64,000 bases of DNA, taken from an uncultured Gemmatimonadales bacterium. GTDB taxonomy: Bacteria; Gemmatimonadota; Gemmatimonadetes; Longimicrobiales; Longimicrobiaceae. Positions 30,582-51,525 of the stretch are shown here, in pieces. The stretch spans positions 5,408,001-5,472,000 of the forward strand of contig OY970303.1 in assembly GCA_963716255.1 (NCBI GenBank). Direction: 5' to 3'. Position numbers and translations under genes: made by a program. Position 1 is the first letter of the stretch. Each line of letters starts with the position of its first letter. The notes under the pieces are model-generated. The model did not search any database, was not told the DNA's origin, and saw nothing but the letters and a program-made list of their open reading frames with translations.

Positions 30582-30935
30582 GGTTCCTATCCTCGATCGT
30601 GGGTGAGTGGTGGGTGTCACGATCCTACGTTACTCCCCCCGCATCCCACCCGCCAGCAAGCACCACCAAGGTCAAGGGCCGCGAACCGTCCCATCGAGGG
30701 GGCTGGTGCGATTGCCGCGATCTGGCAGTAACTACAGACGACACCTGCCTCATGTCATCGTGAGATGGGAGAATCGGCGAATGCGCATACAATCCGCCAA
30801 CAGACCATACCGACACGGAGCCATGGTTCGGGCGGGTGGTTGCTACGATAGAGTGCTGGCAATTGCTCACGCAGTGCCGCGGTTCTTTCTCGCTCGAGTC
30901 GTTGGCCCGCCATTTGGGATCAACGTCCAATCAAT

Positions 30936-30985
30936 AATTCGAGCGCAGCATTCCGGAGGCGCCGCCGCCCCGCGCCCGCTATACT
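30936..30985 (+). promoter_or_regulatory. Ada-box-like site and -10 element of the ada-alkA gene
   Basis: AAT-TCGAGC-GCAG (E. coli ada: AAT-TAAAGC-GCAA) at 30936-30948; TATACT at 30980-30985; weak -35. Confidence 0.55.
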
Positions 30986-30991
30986 GGCGCC

Positions 30992-32458
30992 ATGGACACC
31001 ATCGCCACCGCGCCCACGCTCTCGCGCGACGACATGCTGGCGCGCATGTACGCCAGCGACCCCGCCGCCGACGGCCGCTTCCTCACCGGCGTGCTGACGA
31101 CCGGCATCTACTGCCTCCCGTCGTGCCGCGCCCGCAAGCCCAACGCCGAGAACGTCCGCTTCTTCGCGACGGAGGACGAGGCGCGCGGCGCCGGGCTCCG
31201 GCCCTGCCGCCGCTGCCGCCCGCACCACTTCTACGAGCGGTACGACCCCGACCTCCACCTCGCCGCCGGCATCGCCGAGCGGATCCGGCGCGACCCCGGC
31301 TCGCTTCCGGGGCTGGACGACGTGGTCCGCGCCTCCGGAGTGGGCGCCACCAGGCTGCACGCCCTCTTCCGGCGCCACTACCACACCACGCCGGCCGCCT
31401 ACCTGGCCCGCGCCCGCGTGTCCGCCGCCCGCGCGCTGCTCGCCGTCGGCGCGTCCGGCGCGAGCGAGACGGCCTTCGCCGTCGGCTTCGAATCCGTCTC
31501 CACTTTCTACGACCGCTTCCGCCGCCACACCGGCCTCGCTCCCGGCGAGTACCGCCGGCTGGGCGAGCATCCCCGCTTCCGGCTGCGGCTCCCGGCGGAC
31601 TACCTCCCCGCGTACGCGCTCCTCATGCTGGGGCGCGACCCGGCGAGCCGCACCGAGGGCGCGCGCGGGAGCGCCGCGTACAAGACCCTGCGCCTTCCGG
31701 GAGGCCCGGCGACCCTGCGGATGGAATTCCGCGACGGCGCCGCGGAGTGCTCGGTCGACGCGGCCCGCGCCCTGGTGCCGGAGGACGTACGCGCCGCGCA
31801 CGCCGCCGCGGTGCGTCTCCTTGGCCTGGGCGAGGACCCGGCCCCGTTCGAGCGGCGGGCCGCCGAGCGGGGCGACGGGCGGCTGGTGGAGGGCCGGCGC
31901 GGGCTCCGCGTCCCGCTGACCGCCGACCCGTGGGAAGCGCTCGTCTGGGCCGTCGTCGGCCAGCAGGTGAACCTGCCCTTCGCGTGCGCGCTGCGCCGCG
32001 AGCTCATCGACCTGTGCGGCGAGCCCGCGGGCGATGGGCACCTGGCGCACCCGGCCCCCGAGGCCGTGGCCGCCCTCGACGCGGCGGAGCTGCTGCGGCG
32101 GCGTTTCTCCGGCAGCAAGGCCGAGTACCTGGTGGAGGCGGCGCGCCGCGTCGTCGCCGGCGACCTCCCGCTGGACGAGCTGGAGCATGCGCCCGCGGCG
32201 GCCGCCGAGCAGCGGCTGCGGGCGGTGCGCGGCATCGGCCCCTGGTCGGCGCAGTACGTGTTGATGCGCGGCCTGGGCCTCGCCGACTGCGTTCCCGTGG
32301 GCGACTCCGCGCTCGCCACCGCGCTCCAGCGCTACTTCGCCCTGGACGCCCGCCCCGGCCCCGCGGAAACCGCCGCGCTCATGGAGCCGTTCGCTCCCTT
32401 CCGCAGCCTCGCCACCTTGCACCTCTGGCAGACTCTCACGAAAACGAAATCGCCATGA
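30992..32458 (+). CDS. Ada (Zn-binding/AraC) - AlkA DNA-3-methyladenine glycosylase fusion
   Basis: TTGIYCLPSCRA, RPCRRCRP, AraC HTH (AFAVGFES), AVVGQQV, HhH RGIGPWSA, PVGD. Confidence 0.92.
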   Translation: MDTIATAPTLSRDDMLARMYASDPAADGRFLTGVLTTGIYCLPSCRARKPNAENVRFFATEDEARGAGLRPCRRCRPHHFYERYDPDLHLAAGIAERIRRDPGSLPGLDDVVRASGVGATRLHALFRRHYHTTPAAYLARARVSAARALLAVGASGASETAFAVGFESVSTFYDRFRRHTGLAPGEYRRLGEHPRFRLRLPADYLPAYALLMLGRDPASRTEGARGSAAYKTLRLPGGPATLRMEFRDGAAECSVDAARALVPEDVRAAHAAAVRLLGLGEDPAPFERRAAERGDGRLVEGRRGLRVPLTADPWEALVWAVVGQQVNLPFACALRRELIDLCGEPAGDGHLAHPAPEAVAALDAAELLRRRFSGSKAEYLVEAARRVVAGDLPLDELEHAPAAAAEQRLRAVRGIGPWSAQYVLMRGLGLADCVPVGDSALATALQRYFALDARPGPAETAALMEPFAPFRSLATLHLWQTLTKTKSP

Positions 32459-32979
32459 TCTACACGCACGAGTTTCCCACCCCGCTCGGACCCATGTTCG
32501 CCGCGGTGGACGCGAATGGCGCCCTGGTCCGTCTGTCGTTCCGCGACGGCCAGTACACGCGGGACCCGCTGGCCGGGCTCGGCGCGGCGACGCCCGCGGC
32601 GGAGCCGTGCGCCGCCGTGGTCGAGCAGCTGGACGCCTACTTCCGCGGCGAGCGCCGCGACTTCGACCTGCCGCTCGCGCCGCGCGGCACCGCGTTCCAG
32701 CAGCGCGTCTGGGAGGAGCTGCGCCGCGTGCCTTACGGCGAGACCGTGACCTACCGCGAGCTGGCCGCGCGCGTCGGCAATCCCGCAGCGTCCCGGGCCG
32801 CGGGTCGTGCCAACGCCACCAACCCTCTCCCGGTCGTCATCCCCTGCCACCGCGTCGTCGGCACCGACGGCTCGCTCACCGGCTACGCGGGCGGCATCCA
32901 CTTCAAGCAGGCCCTGCTCACCCTGGAAGGCGCGGCAGTCGTCGGGATGGGGAAAGCCGCAAACCCCATTCGCGACTGA
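32455..32979 (+). CDS. ogt: Methylated-DNA--protein-cysteine methyltransferase
   Basis: GTAFQQRVW, PYGETVTY, IPCHRVV active site, GYAGG. Confidence 0.92.
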   Translation: MIYTHEFPTPLGPMFAAVDANGALVRLSFRDGQYTRDPLAGLGAATPAAEPCAAVVEQLDAYFRGERRDFDLPLAPRGTAFQQRVWEELRRVPYGETVTYRELAARVGNPAASRAAGRANATNPLPVVIPCHRVVGTDGSLTGYAGGIHFKQALLTLEGAAVVGMGKAANPIRD

Positions 32980-33043
32980 GTTCGGAGGTCGCGGCGTCGC
33001 GAGATGCCGCGGTCTCTTCGACTCCTCCAGCCGAACGATCCTG

Positions 33044-33072
33044 TTGACATTTATTAATTGAACAATTAATTA
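33044..33072 (+). promoter_or_regulatory. Promoter with palindromic TetR operator
   Basis: TTGACA at 33044-33049, then perfect inverted repeat ATTAATTG-AA-CAATTAAT (33053-33070) just before the tetR start. Confidence 0.75.
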
Positions 33073-33078
33073 AGAGTG

Positions 33079-33732
33079 ATGAGCGAGATCGAGACCTCAG
33101 AAAGCATCCTCGACGCCGCCGAGGAGCTGTTCGCGCGGCAGGGCTTCTCCGCGACGACCACCAAGCAGATCGGCTCCGCGGCGGGCGTGAACCCGGCGCT
33201 GATCCACTACTATTTCGGCAACAAGGAGGGGCTCTACCGCGCCCTCCTGCGCAGGCTCTTCGAGAGCATCATCGCCAGGGGCGGCCAGCAGCTCGCGGCG
33301 AAGCCCGCGCCGGACGCGGCGGTTCGCGCGCTGGTCGGCATCCAGTCCGACATCATGGTGGAGCACCCCAGCTTCCCGCGCCTCCTCGCCCGTGAGCTGG
33401 TGGACCAGGGGATGACGCACGCCGGCGAGTACGTCGCGCGGCTCTCCGACACCCTCTTCCGCCGCCTGTGCGAGCTGATCCGCGGCGGCCAGGAAGCCGG
33501 CCTCTTCCGGCGCGACATGGACCCCCGGTTCGCCGCCGTTTCCGTGGTCTCGCTCGTCCCCTACTTCCACATCGCGCGGCCCGTCGTCGGCATCCTCCTG
33601 GACAGCGGCCCGGAGGGGCCCGACGAGGAGGCGATGCGCGCCTACGGCCGGCACGCAGCCGAATTCGCGCTCGCGGCGCTGGCCGCGCGCCCCGGCGCAC
33701 CGCCCAACACCGACCCCCCGGAGAGCGGATGA
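33079..33732 (+). CDS. TetR family transcriptional regulator
   Basis: ILDAAEELFARQGFSATTTKQIGSAAGVNPALIHYYFGNKEGLY. Confidence 0.93.
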   Translation: MSEIETSESILDAAEELFARQGFSATTTKQIGSAAGVNPALIHYYFGNKEGLYRALLRRLFESIIARGGQQLAAKPAPDAAVRALVGIQSDIMVEHPSFPRLLARELVDQGMTHAGEYVARLSDTLFRRLCELIRGGQEAGLFRRDMDPRFAAVSVVSLVPYFHIARPVVGILLDSGPEGPDEEAMRAYGRHAAEFALAALAARPGAPPNTDPPESG

Positions 33733-34685
33733 CGAGACACGCCCTGCTCGCGGCCGCCCTGCTCCTCGCCGCCGCCTGCGGCGACGGTGACGGCGAGACC
33801 GCCGTGGGCACCGTCGAGCTGACCGAGCTCGACGTCGCCCCCACCCAGCCGGCGCGCGTCGTCGCCGTGCGCGTGGATGAGGGCGACACCGTGCGCGCCG
33901 GAGACACCCTCGCCGTGCTGACGCACCCCTCCCTCCCAGGCGACGTGGCCGGGCGCGCCGCGGGCGTACAGGTGGCCGAGGCCAACCTGCGCGACCTGCT
34001 GGCCGGCGCCCGCCCCGCCGAGCATGAGCAGGCCGAGGCCGCCCTCCGCTCCGCCGCCGCCGAATCCGAGCGCGCCCGCCGCGACCTGGCGCGCATGCGC
34101 ACCCTCGCCGACGCCGGCGCCGTCGCCCGGCGGGAGCTGGACGCCGCCCGCGCCGTCTCCACGGAGGCCGACGCCCGCCGCGATTCCGCACGCGAGGCGC
34201 TGCGCCTGGTGGACCAGGGCGCGCGCCAGGGGACCGTCGAGGCTGCGCGCGGTCAGGTGGCCGCGGCGCGCGCCGCGCTCCAGTCCGCCAGCGCCACCTC
34301 CGGCGACCTCACCCTCGTCGCCCCGGAGGACGGCGTGGTGCTGGGGCGCTGGACCGAGCCGGGCGAGGTGGTCGCCGCGGGGACGCCGGTGGTCACCATC
34401 GGGCAGCCGCGGCGCCCCTGGGTCCGCGTGTACGTCGCCGAGCGAGTGCTCCCGCGGCTGCGCGTGGGGCAGACGGTCACCGCGCGGCTGGACGGTGTGG
34501 AGGACCGCGGCTTCCCCGGGCGCATCGTCGCGATCGCCGACCGCGCCGAGTTCACCCCGCGCGTGGCGCTCACCGAGAAGGAGCGCGCCGACCTGGTCTT
34601 CGGCGTCCGGGTGGAGTTCCGCGACACCACGGGGATGCTCAAGGCCGGGCTCCCCGCCACCGTGACCCTGCCGGAGGCCCCGTGA
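33729..34685 (+). CDS. HlyD-family membrane fusion lipoprotein (YbhG-like)
   Basis: LAAAC lipobox, VDEGDTV, GARP, LVAPEDGVV, AEFTPR, LKAGLPATV. Confidence 0.9.
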   Translation: MTRHALLAAALLLAAACGDGDGETAVGTVELTELDVAPTQPARVVAVRVDEGDTVRAGDTLAVLTHPSLPGDVAGRAAGVQVAEANLRDLLAGARPAEHEQAEAALRSAAAESERARRDLARMRTLADAGAVARRELDAARAVSTEADARRDSAREALRLVDQGARQGTVEAARGQVAAARAALQSASATSGDLTLVAPEDGVVLGRWTEPGEVVAAGTPVVTIGQPRRPWVRVYVAERVLPRLRVGQTVTARLDGVEDRGFPGRIVAIADRAEFTPRVALTEKERADLVFGVRVEFRDTTGMLKAGLPATVTLPEAP

Positions 34686-35446
34686 GCGCCGCGGCCGGGC
34701 CGGCGAGCGAGCCCGCCGTCCGCGCGGCGAAGCTGCGCAAGACCTTCGGGCGGTTCGTCGCGGTGGACGGGCTGGACCTGGAGATCGGGGTGGGGGAGGT
34801 GTTCGGGCTGCTGGGGCCCAACGGCTCCGGGAAGACCACCACCATCCGCATGCTCTGCGGGCTGGTGATGCCCACCTCCGGCGAGGCCCGCGTGGTGGGG
34901 CACGACGTGGCGCGCGACCCCGAGGGCGTCCGCCGCGGCATCGGCTACATGTCGCAGAAGTTCGGGCTGTACGACGACATGACGGTGGCCGAGAACCTCC
35001 GCTTCTACGCCGGCATCTACGGGCTGGTGGGGCGCGCGCGCGACCAGCGCGTCGCCGAGCTCCTCCACCAGCTCGACCTGGAGGAGCGGGCCGGGCAGCT
35101 CACCGGGACGCTCAGCGGCGGGTGGAAGCAGCGCGTAGCCCTGGCCTGCGCCACCTCGCATCACCCCCGCATGCTCTTTCTGGACGAGCCCACCGCCGGC
35201 GTCGACCCCGCCGCGCGCCGCCGCTTCTGGGAGATCATCCACGAGCTGGCCAGCGGCGGCACCACCATCCTCGTCACCACGCACTACATGGACGAGGCCG
35301 AGCGCTGCGAGCGCATCGCCTTCCTGTCGCGCGGGCACCTGATCGCGCTGGGCACCGTGGAGGAGATCACCGGCCAGTTCGGGCTGGCGAGCATCGAGGA
35401 CGTGTTCATCGAGCTCCAGCGCCGCGACGAGGGCGCGCGCGCATGA
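34682..35446 (+). CDS. ABC-2 type ATP-binding protein
   Basis: GPNGSGKTT, LSGGWKQR, LDEPTAG, TTHYMDEAE. Confidence 0.95.
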   Translation: MSAAAGPASEPAVRAAKLRKTFGRFVAVDGLDLEIGVGEVFGLLGPNGSGKTTTIRMLCGLVMPTSGEARVVGHDVARDPEGVRRGIGYMSQKFGLYDDMTVAENLRFYAGIYGLVGRARDQRVAELLHQLDLEERAGQLTGTLSGGWKQRVALACATSHHPRMLFLDEPTAGVDPAARRRFWEIIHELASGGTTILVTTHYMDEAERCERIAFLSRGHLIALGTVEEITGQFGLASIEDVFIELQRRDEGARA

Positions 35447-36573
35447 GCACCCTGGAGCGGGTCCGGCACTCCCTCCTCTGGCCCATGCTGTGGAAGGAGT
35501 TCGTGCAGATGCGGCGCGACCGCATGACGCTGGCGCTGATGCTCGCCATCCCCGCCATGCAGCTCGTGCTCTTCGGCTTCGCCATCCGCACCGAGGTCCG
35601 CGACGTTCCCACCGTGCTCCTGGACGAGGCCCGCTCCTCCGAGAGCCGCGCCCTCGCCGCCGTGCTGGAGAACACCGGCAACTTCCGCCTGGTGGGGAGC
35701 GTGGAGGGGCGCGATGCCCTCCGCGCCGCCATCGAGAGCGGCCGGGCCCAGGCCGCGCTGGTGATCCCGCCCGGCTACACCGAGGACGTCAAGCGCGGGA
35801 GAACCGCCTCCGCGCAGGTCATCGTGGACGCCGCCGACCCCATGTCGTCGGCGGCCGCCATCTCCGGGGCCGCACTGGCCGCGCAGGCGCGCTCAGCGGC
35901 GCTGTCGGGAAAGCGCGCCGCCCCACCTCCGCCGCTGGAGGTGCGCGTGCGCCCGTGGTACAACCCGGCGCTCCGCAGCGAGGTGTACATCGTCCCCGGG
36001 CTCATCGGCGTTCTGCTGTCGCTCACCATGATCCTCATCACCAGCCTGTCCATCACCCGCGAGCGCGAGCGGGGAACGCTGGAGCAGCTGGTGGTCACGC
36101 CCATCGGCAAGACCAGCATGATGCTGGGGAAGATCATCCCCTTCGTGCTGGTGGGCTACGTGCAGATGACTGTCGTCCTCCTGCTGGGGCGCTTCCTGTT
36201 CGGCGTCCCGGTGCGGGGAAGCCTGCTCGCCCTGTACGCCGTCACCTTCGCCTTCATGATGGCGAGCCTGGGGCTGGGGCTCTTCGTGTCCACCGTGGCG
36301 CGCACGCAGGCCCAGGCGATGCAGCTCGGGTTCATGCTCCTCCTTCCCAACATCCTCCTTTCCGGCTTCATGTTCCCGCGCGAGGCCATGCCCGCCCCCA
36401 TCCGCTGGGCGAGCGAGCTGCTCCCGCTGACCCACTACCTCCAGGTGCTGCGGGGCGTGCTCCTGCGCGACGCCGCGCTCCCCAGCCTGCTTCCCGACGC
36501 CGCCGTCCTCCTCTTCATGGCGGTGGTGATCGTGGGGCTCAGCGTGAGCCGCTTTTCCAAGACCATCGACTAG
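35443..36573 (+). CDS. ABC-2 type permease (YbhS/R-like)
   Basis: KEFVQMRRD, WYNP, RERERGTLEQL, LSGFMFP. Confidence 0.92.
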   Translation: MSTLERVRHSLLWPMLWKEFVQMRRDRMTLALMLAIPAMQLVLFGFAIRTEVRDVPTVLLDEARSSESRALAAVLENTGNFRLVGSVEGRDALRAAIESGRAQAALVIPPGYTEDVKRGRTASAQVIVDAADPMSSAAAISGAALAAQARSAALSGKRAAPPPPLEVRVRPWYNPALRSEVYIVPGLIGVLLSLTMILITSLSITRERERGTLEQLVVTPIGKTSMMLGKIIPFVLVGYVQMTVVLLLGRFLFGVPVRGSLLALYAVTFAFMMASLGLGLFVSTVARTQAQAMQLGFMLLLPNILLSGFMFPREAMPAPIRWASELLPLTHYLQVLRGVLLRDAALPSLLPDAAVLLFMAVVIVGLSVSRFSKTID

Positions 36574-36593
36574 GAAATGGACGTCGCGGGGAG

Positions 36594-36622
36594 TTGACAC
36601 GAAACGGTGCCACTGGTATCTT
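36594..36622 (+). promoter_or_regulatory. Sigma70 promoter for tRNA-Thr(GGT)-tuf
   Basis: TTGACA-N17-TATCTT with extended -10 TG. Confidence 0.7.
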
Positions 36623-36789
36623 ACCTCTCTTGTCCGCCTGCGCCTGGGAGATCGTGCGAGCGTCATTCCCGTGGGCGCGGGACGTGGGGTGGGGTGGAAG
36701 TGCTCCGGACCCGCGCGCCGCGGCGGCGCCAGGCCGGGAGCCTTCCCGTTTGTCGTTCGGGTCCGGGTGGGCCCGACTCGGGGGATCGG

Positions 36790-36862
<73 letters not shown>

Positions 36863-36913
36863 CTCGCGAGCCTCCCTTCGTTTAATTTCCCTGAACCGGG
36901 ACCAGATCGGAAC

Positions 36914-38107
<1,194 letters not shown>

Positions 38108-38183
38108 AGCGATCACTACCCGGCAGGCGGCGGACGGCTGACGCCGACCCGCCGCCTGCCGTACGCCGATAGGAGGCAAAGCC

Positions 38184-38333
38184 ATGCGCGACAAGGTCAT
38201 CCTCGCCTGCACCGAGTGCAAGGAGAGGAACTACCACAAGACGAAGAACAAGCGGCTCCACCCGGAGCGCGTGGAGTACGCGAAGTACTGCCCGCGGTGC
38301 AACAAGCACCAGCCGCACAAGGAAACCAAGTAG
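38184..38333 (+). CDS. rpmG: 50S ribosomal protein L33 (Zn-ribbon form)
   Basis: Translated by hand: [58 protein letters not shown]. Confidence 0.95.
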   Translation: MRDKVILACTECKERNYHKTKNKRLHPERVEYAKYCPRCNKHQPHKETK

Positions 38334-38360
38334 TTCGGAGTTCCGGCGGCCGACGATCAC

Positions 38361-38398
38361 GACGAGAAGGGCGCTGGTCCACGGCCCTTCTTTTCGTC
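38361..38398 (+). terminator. Hairpin/terminator between rpmG and secE
   Basis: AGAAGGGC...GCCCTTCT followed by TTT. Confidence 0.5.
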
Positions 38399-38439
38399 CC
38401 CGGCTGCTCCAGAAACGTACATCGCTCACTCGTCCGCGC

Positions 38440-38649
38440 ATGGCTGAGACCACCCGCACCAACGCCAGGGACTTCATCGAGCAAGTCTCCGACGAGATCA
38501 AGAAGGTGACCTGGCCGGACCGCGAGCAGCTTCGCGAGTCCACGGTCGTCATCGTGGCCTTCGTGTCGATCATCGCCGCCCTGATCTTTCTGATGGATCG
38601 GGGTGTGATCCTGGTTCTCGACCTGGTCACGTCCCTCCTCGGAGGCTAG
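38440..38649 (+). CDS. secE: Preprotein translocase subunit SecE
   Basis: EIKKVTWP plus one TM segment; upstream of nusG. Confidence 0.93.
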   Translation: MAETTRTNARDFIEQVSDEIKKVTWPDREQLRESTVVIVAFVSIIAALIFLMDRGVILVLDLVTSLLGG

Positions 38650-38652
38650 CGG

Positions 38653-39204
38653 ATGGGCGAGGCGAAGTGGTACGCGATCCAGACGTATTCCGGGCATGAG
38701 AACAAGGTCCAGCGGCTGATCCAGCGCCGGATCGACGAGGAGACGGGCGAGCCCGAGGACAAGCAGATCCAGGAAGTGCTGGTCCCCACCCAGGAAGCGG
38801 TGGAGATCCGCAACGGCAAGAGGGTCACGGTCACGCGCCGCCTCTACCCGGGGTACGTGCTGGTGAAGATGACGTACAACCAGCGCACCGCCCACCTGGT
38901 CAACAGCATCCAGGGCGTGCTCAAGTTCCTCGGCACCGGCTCGGAGCCTCAGCCCCTGCGGGACGAGGAGCTGAGCAAGATCCTCGGGCAGGAGGCGGAG
39001 TCGGCGGAGGTGGCGGAGGACGTCGCCGATCCGATCCCCTTCACCCCCGGTCAGGTCGTGGAGGTCATCGAAGGACCTTTCAACGACTTCAGCGGGACGG
39101 TGCAGGAGGTCTACCCCGACAAGGGGAAGGTCAAGGTCGAGGTTTCGCTCTTCGGCCGCCCCACCAGCATCGAGCTGGACTACACGCAGCTTAAGGGTTA
39201 CTGA
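38653..39204 (+). CDS. nusG: Transcription termination/antitermination factor NusG
   Basis: WYAIQTYSGHENKV, YPGYVLV, KOW GPFNDFSG, LFGRPT. Confidence 0.97.
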   Translation: MGEAKWYAIQTYSGHENKVQRLIQRRIDEETGEPEDKQIQEVLVPTQEAVEIRNGKRVTVTRRLYPGYVLVKMTYNQRTAHLVNSIQGVLKFLGTGSEPQPLRDEELSKILGQEAESAEVAEDVADPIPFTPGQVVEVIEGPFNDFSGTVQEVYPDKGKVKVEVSLFGRPTSIELDYTQLKGY

Positions 39205-39213
39205 GGCCGAGCC

Positions 39214-39639
39214 ATGGCGAAGAAAGTTACCGGTTTCATCAAGCTCCAGGTTCCCGCCGGGGCCGCCAACCCCGCGCCTCCGGTCGGCCCGGCGCTGGGC
39301 CAGCACGGCGTGAACATCATGGAGTTCTGCAAGCAGTTCAACGCGCGCACCCAGGGTCAGCCCGGGATGATCATCCCGGTGGAGATCACCGTGTACGCGG
39401 ACCGCTCCTTCACCTTCATCACCAAGACGCCGCCCGCGGCGATCCTGCTGAAGAAGGCGGCGGGGCTGCAGAGCGGCTCCGCGACGTCCAACCGGACCAA
39501 GGTCGGGACGGTGACGCGCGACCAGGTGCGCCAGATCGCCGAGACCAAGATGCCCGACCTGAACGCGGTCGACATCGACGGGGCCATGCGGCAGATCGCG
39601 GGCACCGCCCGCTCCATGGGCATCGAGATCACGGACTGA
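39214..39639 (+). CDS. rplK: 50S ribosomal protein L11
   Basis: [21 protein letters not shown]. Confidence 0.98.
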   Translation: MAKKVTGFIKLQVPAGAANPAPPVGPALGQHGVNIMEFCKQFNARTQGQPGMIIPVEITVYADRSFTFITKTPPAAILLKKAAGLQSGSATSNRTKVGTVTRDQVRQIAETKMPDLNAVDIDGAMRQIAGTARSMGIEITD

Positions 39640-39721
39640 GGCGGGAGTTTCGCGGACGCGGCGGGGGAGCGCTCCCGCCCTCCCGCGCGAGGCCCACGGG
39701 CCGAGCGGGGTGCCGCGTCCG

Positions 39722-39768
39722 GGTCCACGGACCACCGGCTGCGATGGGCGACGCACGGTGGGAGGACC
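39722..39768 (+). promoter_or_regulatory. Possible L1-binding autoregulatory hairpin before rplA
   Basis: GGTCC..ACCACCG...CGGTGG-GAGGACC stem with a GGGAG internal loop, reminiscent of L1 sites. Confidence 0.35.
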
Positions 39769-39795
39769 GGTTCAAGGAATCGTCTGAGGGGATAC

Positions 39796-40491
39796 ATGCC
39801 TAAGCACGGAAAGAAGTTCCGCGAGGCACAGTCCCGCGTTCCCGAGGGGACGGCGCTGGAGCCCGGCGCGGCTGTCGGCATGGTGAAGGAGCTTTCCTTC
39901 GCCAAGTTCGACGAGACCGTCGAGGTTTCCGTCCGGCTGGGCGTCGATCCGCGTCACGCGGACCAGATCGTCCGGGGGGCCGTCGTCCTTCCCCACGGCA
40001 CGGGGAAGACCGCACGCGTGCTGGTGATCGCCCAGGGCGACAAGGCTCGCGAGGCGGAGGAAGCGGGCGCCGATTTCGTCGGCACCGACTATGTGCAGAA
40101 GATCAAGGACGGGTGGCTCGACTTCGACGTCGTGGTCGCCACGCCGGACGTGATGGGGCAGGTCGGGCAGCTGGGGCGCATCCTGGGTCCGCGCGGCCTG
40201 ATGCCCACCCCGAAGGCCGGCACGGTGACGTTCGACGTCGCCAAGGCCATCCGCGAGATCAAGGCGGGCAAGATCGAGTTCCGCGTGGACCGCACGGGGA
40301 ACGTCCATGCCCCCATCGGGCGGGTCTCCTTCGAGCCGAACAAGCTGGAAGAGAACCTGTCGGCGTTCATGGACACGGTGATCCGGGCCAAGCCGAGCGC
40401 CGCCAAGGGTCAGTACGTCCGGAGCGTGACGGTCTCCAGCACCATGGGGCCCGGGGTGGCGGTCGATTCCAACCTCTACCGGCGGGGCTGA
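39796..40491 (+). CDS. rplA: 50S ribosomal protein L1
   Basis: [28 protein letters not shown]. Confidence 0.98.
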   Translation: MPKHGKKFREAQSRVPEGTALEPGAAVGMVKELSFAKFDETVEVSVRLGVDPRHADQIVRGAVVLPHGTGKTARVLVIAQGDKAREAEEAGADFVGTDYVQKIKDGWLDFDVVVATPDVMGQVGQLGRILGPRGLMPTPKAGTVTFDVAKAIREIKAGKIEFRVDRTGNVHAPIGRVSFEPNKLEENLSAFMDTVIRAKPSAAKGQYVRSVTVSSTMGPGVAVDSNLYRRG

Positions 40492-40494
40492 TCC

Positions 40495-41025
40495 ATGAAG
40501 AAGGAGCTCAAGAGTGCCGTCATCGACGACCTCAGCCAGAAGCTTGACGGGGCCACGGCGTTCTACCTGACGGACTTCACGGGGATGAACGTGAAGCAGA
40601 TCACCGAGTTCCGCTCCCGCCTGCGCAAGCAGGGCGTGGAGTACGTGGTGGTCAAGAACACGCTGGCCCAGCGCGCGCTGACCGGGATGGAGATTCCGGA
40701 CATCGCCAGCTTCTTCAGCGGGCCCACCGGGCTGGTGATCGGCCGGAACGACGCCGTGGCCGCGGCAAAGGTCCTCACGACCTTCGCCAAGGAGTTCGGC
40801 GACCGGCCGGTGATCAAGGTCGGGGTGGTGGACGGCAAGCCGTTCGACGCCGACCAGGTGAGGAAGCTCGCCGACCTGCCGCCGCGTGAGGTCCTCCTCG
40901 CCCAGATCGCGGGCGGGCTGCAGGCGCCCATGGCGCGACTGGCCGGCGGCATGAGCCAGCTGCTCGCGGGGTTCGCGCGGGCGGTGGACGCGCTTCGCCA
41001 GCAGCGCGAGGGCGCAGAGTCGTAA
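40495..41025 (+). CDS. rplJ: 50S ribosomal protein L10
   Basis: VVKNTL, GPT, LADLPPREVLLAQ. Confidence 0.96.
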   Translation: MKKELKSAVIDDLSQKLDGATAFYLTDFTGMNVKQITEFRSRLRKQGVEYVVVKNTLAQRALTGMEIPDIASFFSGPTGLVIGRNDAVAAAKVLTTFAKEFGDRPVIKVGVVDGKPFDADQVRKLADLPPREVLLAQIAGGLQAPMARLAGGMSQLLAGFARAVDALRQQREGAES

Positions 41026-41129
41026 CCCGCGCCCCGACAGCAGGCGCTTTCCCGACCGCTCGCGGGCAGGGTCCCGACGGTCCGATACCTTGGTTTCACT
41101 TTCGTACGTACTACACATAGGAGCCCAAC

Positions 41130-41516
41130 ATGGCGACCACGCTTTCCCGTGACGAGCTGCTCGACGCGATCGGCAACATGACCGTCATCGAGCTCTCCGA
41201 GTTCGTGAAGGCCTTCGAGGAGAAGTTCGGCGTCACCGCGGCCGCCCCGATGGCCGCCGCGCCGGCCGGCGGTGCCGCCGTCGCCGCGCCCGTCGTCGAG
41301 GAGAAGACCGAGTTCGACGTCGTCCTCATGGGCGCCGGCGAGAAGAAGATCCAGGTCATCAAGGTGGTGCGCGAGCTCACCGGCCTGGGCCTCAAGGAGG
41401 CGAAGGACCTGGTCGACGGTGCCCCGAAGACCGTCAAGGAGGCCGCGACCAAGGACGAGGCCGAGGCCATGAAGGCCAAGCTCGTCGAGCAGGGCGCGAC
41501 CGTCGAGCTGAAGTAG
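41130..41516 (+). CDS. rplL: 50S ribosomal protein L7/L12
   Basis: [29 protein letters not shown]. Confidence 0.98.
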   Translation: MATTLSRDELLDAIGNMTVIELSEFVKAFEEKFGVTAAAPMAAAPAGGAAVAAPVVEEKTEFDVVLMGAGEKKIQVIKVVRELTGLGLKEAKDLVDGAPKTVKEAATKDEAEAMKAKLVEQGATVELK

Positions 41517-41771
41517 GACTGATCCTCGTCCGGACGGAGGGCCTCCAGGGGGGATTTCCACCTGGGGGCCCTTCGGGTCGGTCGCGGAGGGATCGCCTGT
41601 CTAGGCGCGGGCTCGCCCGCGGAGGCGGTCCCGGCTCAGTCCCTTCAGCCGGACGGCTCATGACGCGCAGGCCGCTCTACATACCCGGACGATACGTCAC
41701 CCCGCCGAGGTGTTCGGTTGGGGGTGTTTGCGCTTCCGATCTTTTCCACGCACGCTAAGAGGGAGACCCAC

Positions 41772-47090
<5,319 letters not shown>

Positions 47091-47293
47091 GGAAGCACGC
47101 GGGTCGCGAAAGGGATCGTGACCCGAAGGGCGGAGACCCGGCGGCAGTTTGCCGGGACTCCGTTCCGCTGGACACGGTGGTTTCGTGTCCAGCGGAATAG
47201 AGCCCGACCCGGCGGAGCCGGGGTTCGCCCGAACGGTCGTCGTCAGTCAGCAACCGAGCCGTACACACCACAATAGATGAAGGGGACCAAAGC

Positions 47294-51508
<4,215 letters not shown>

Positions 51509-51525
51509 GCTTTCGAAACGGCTGG

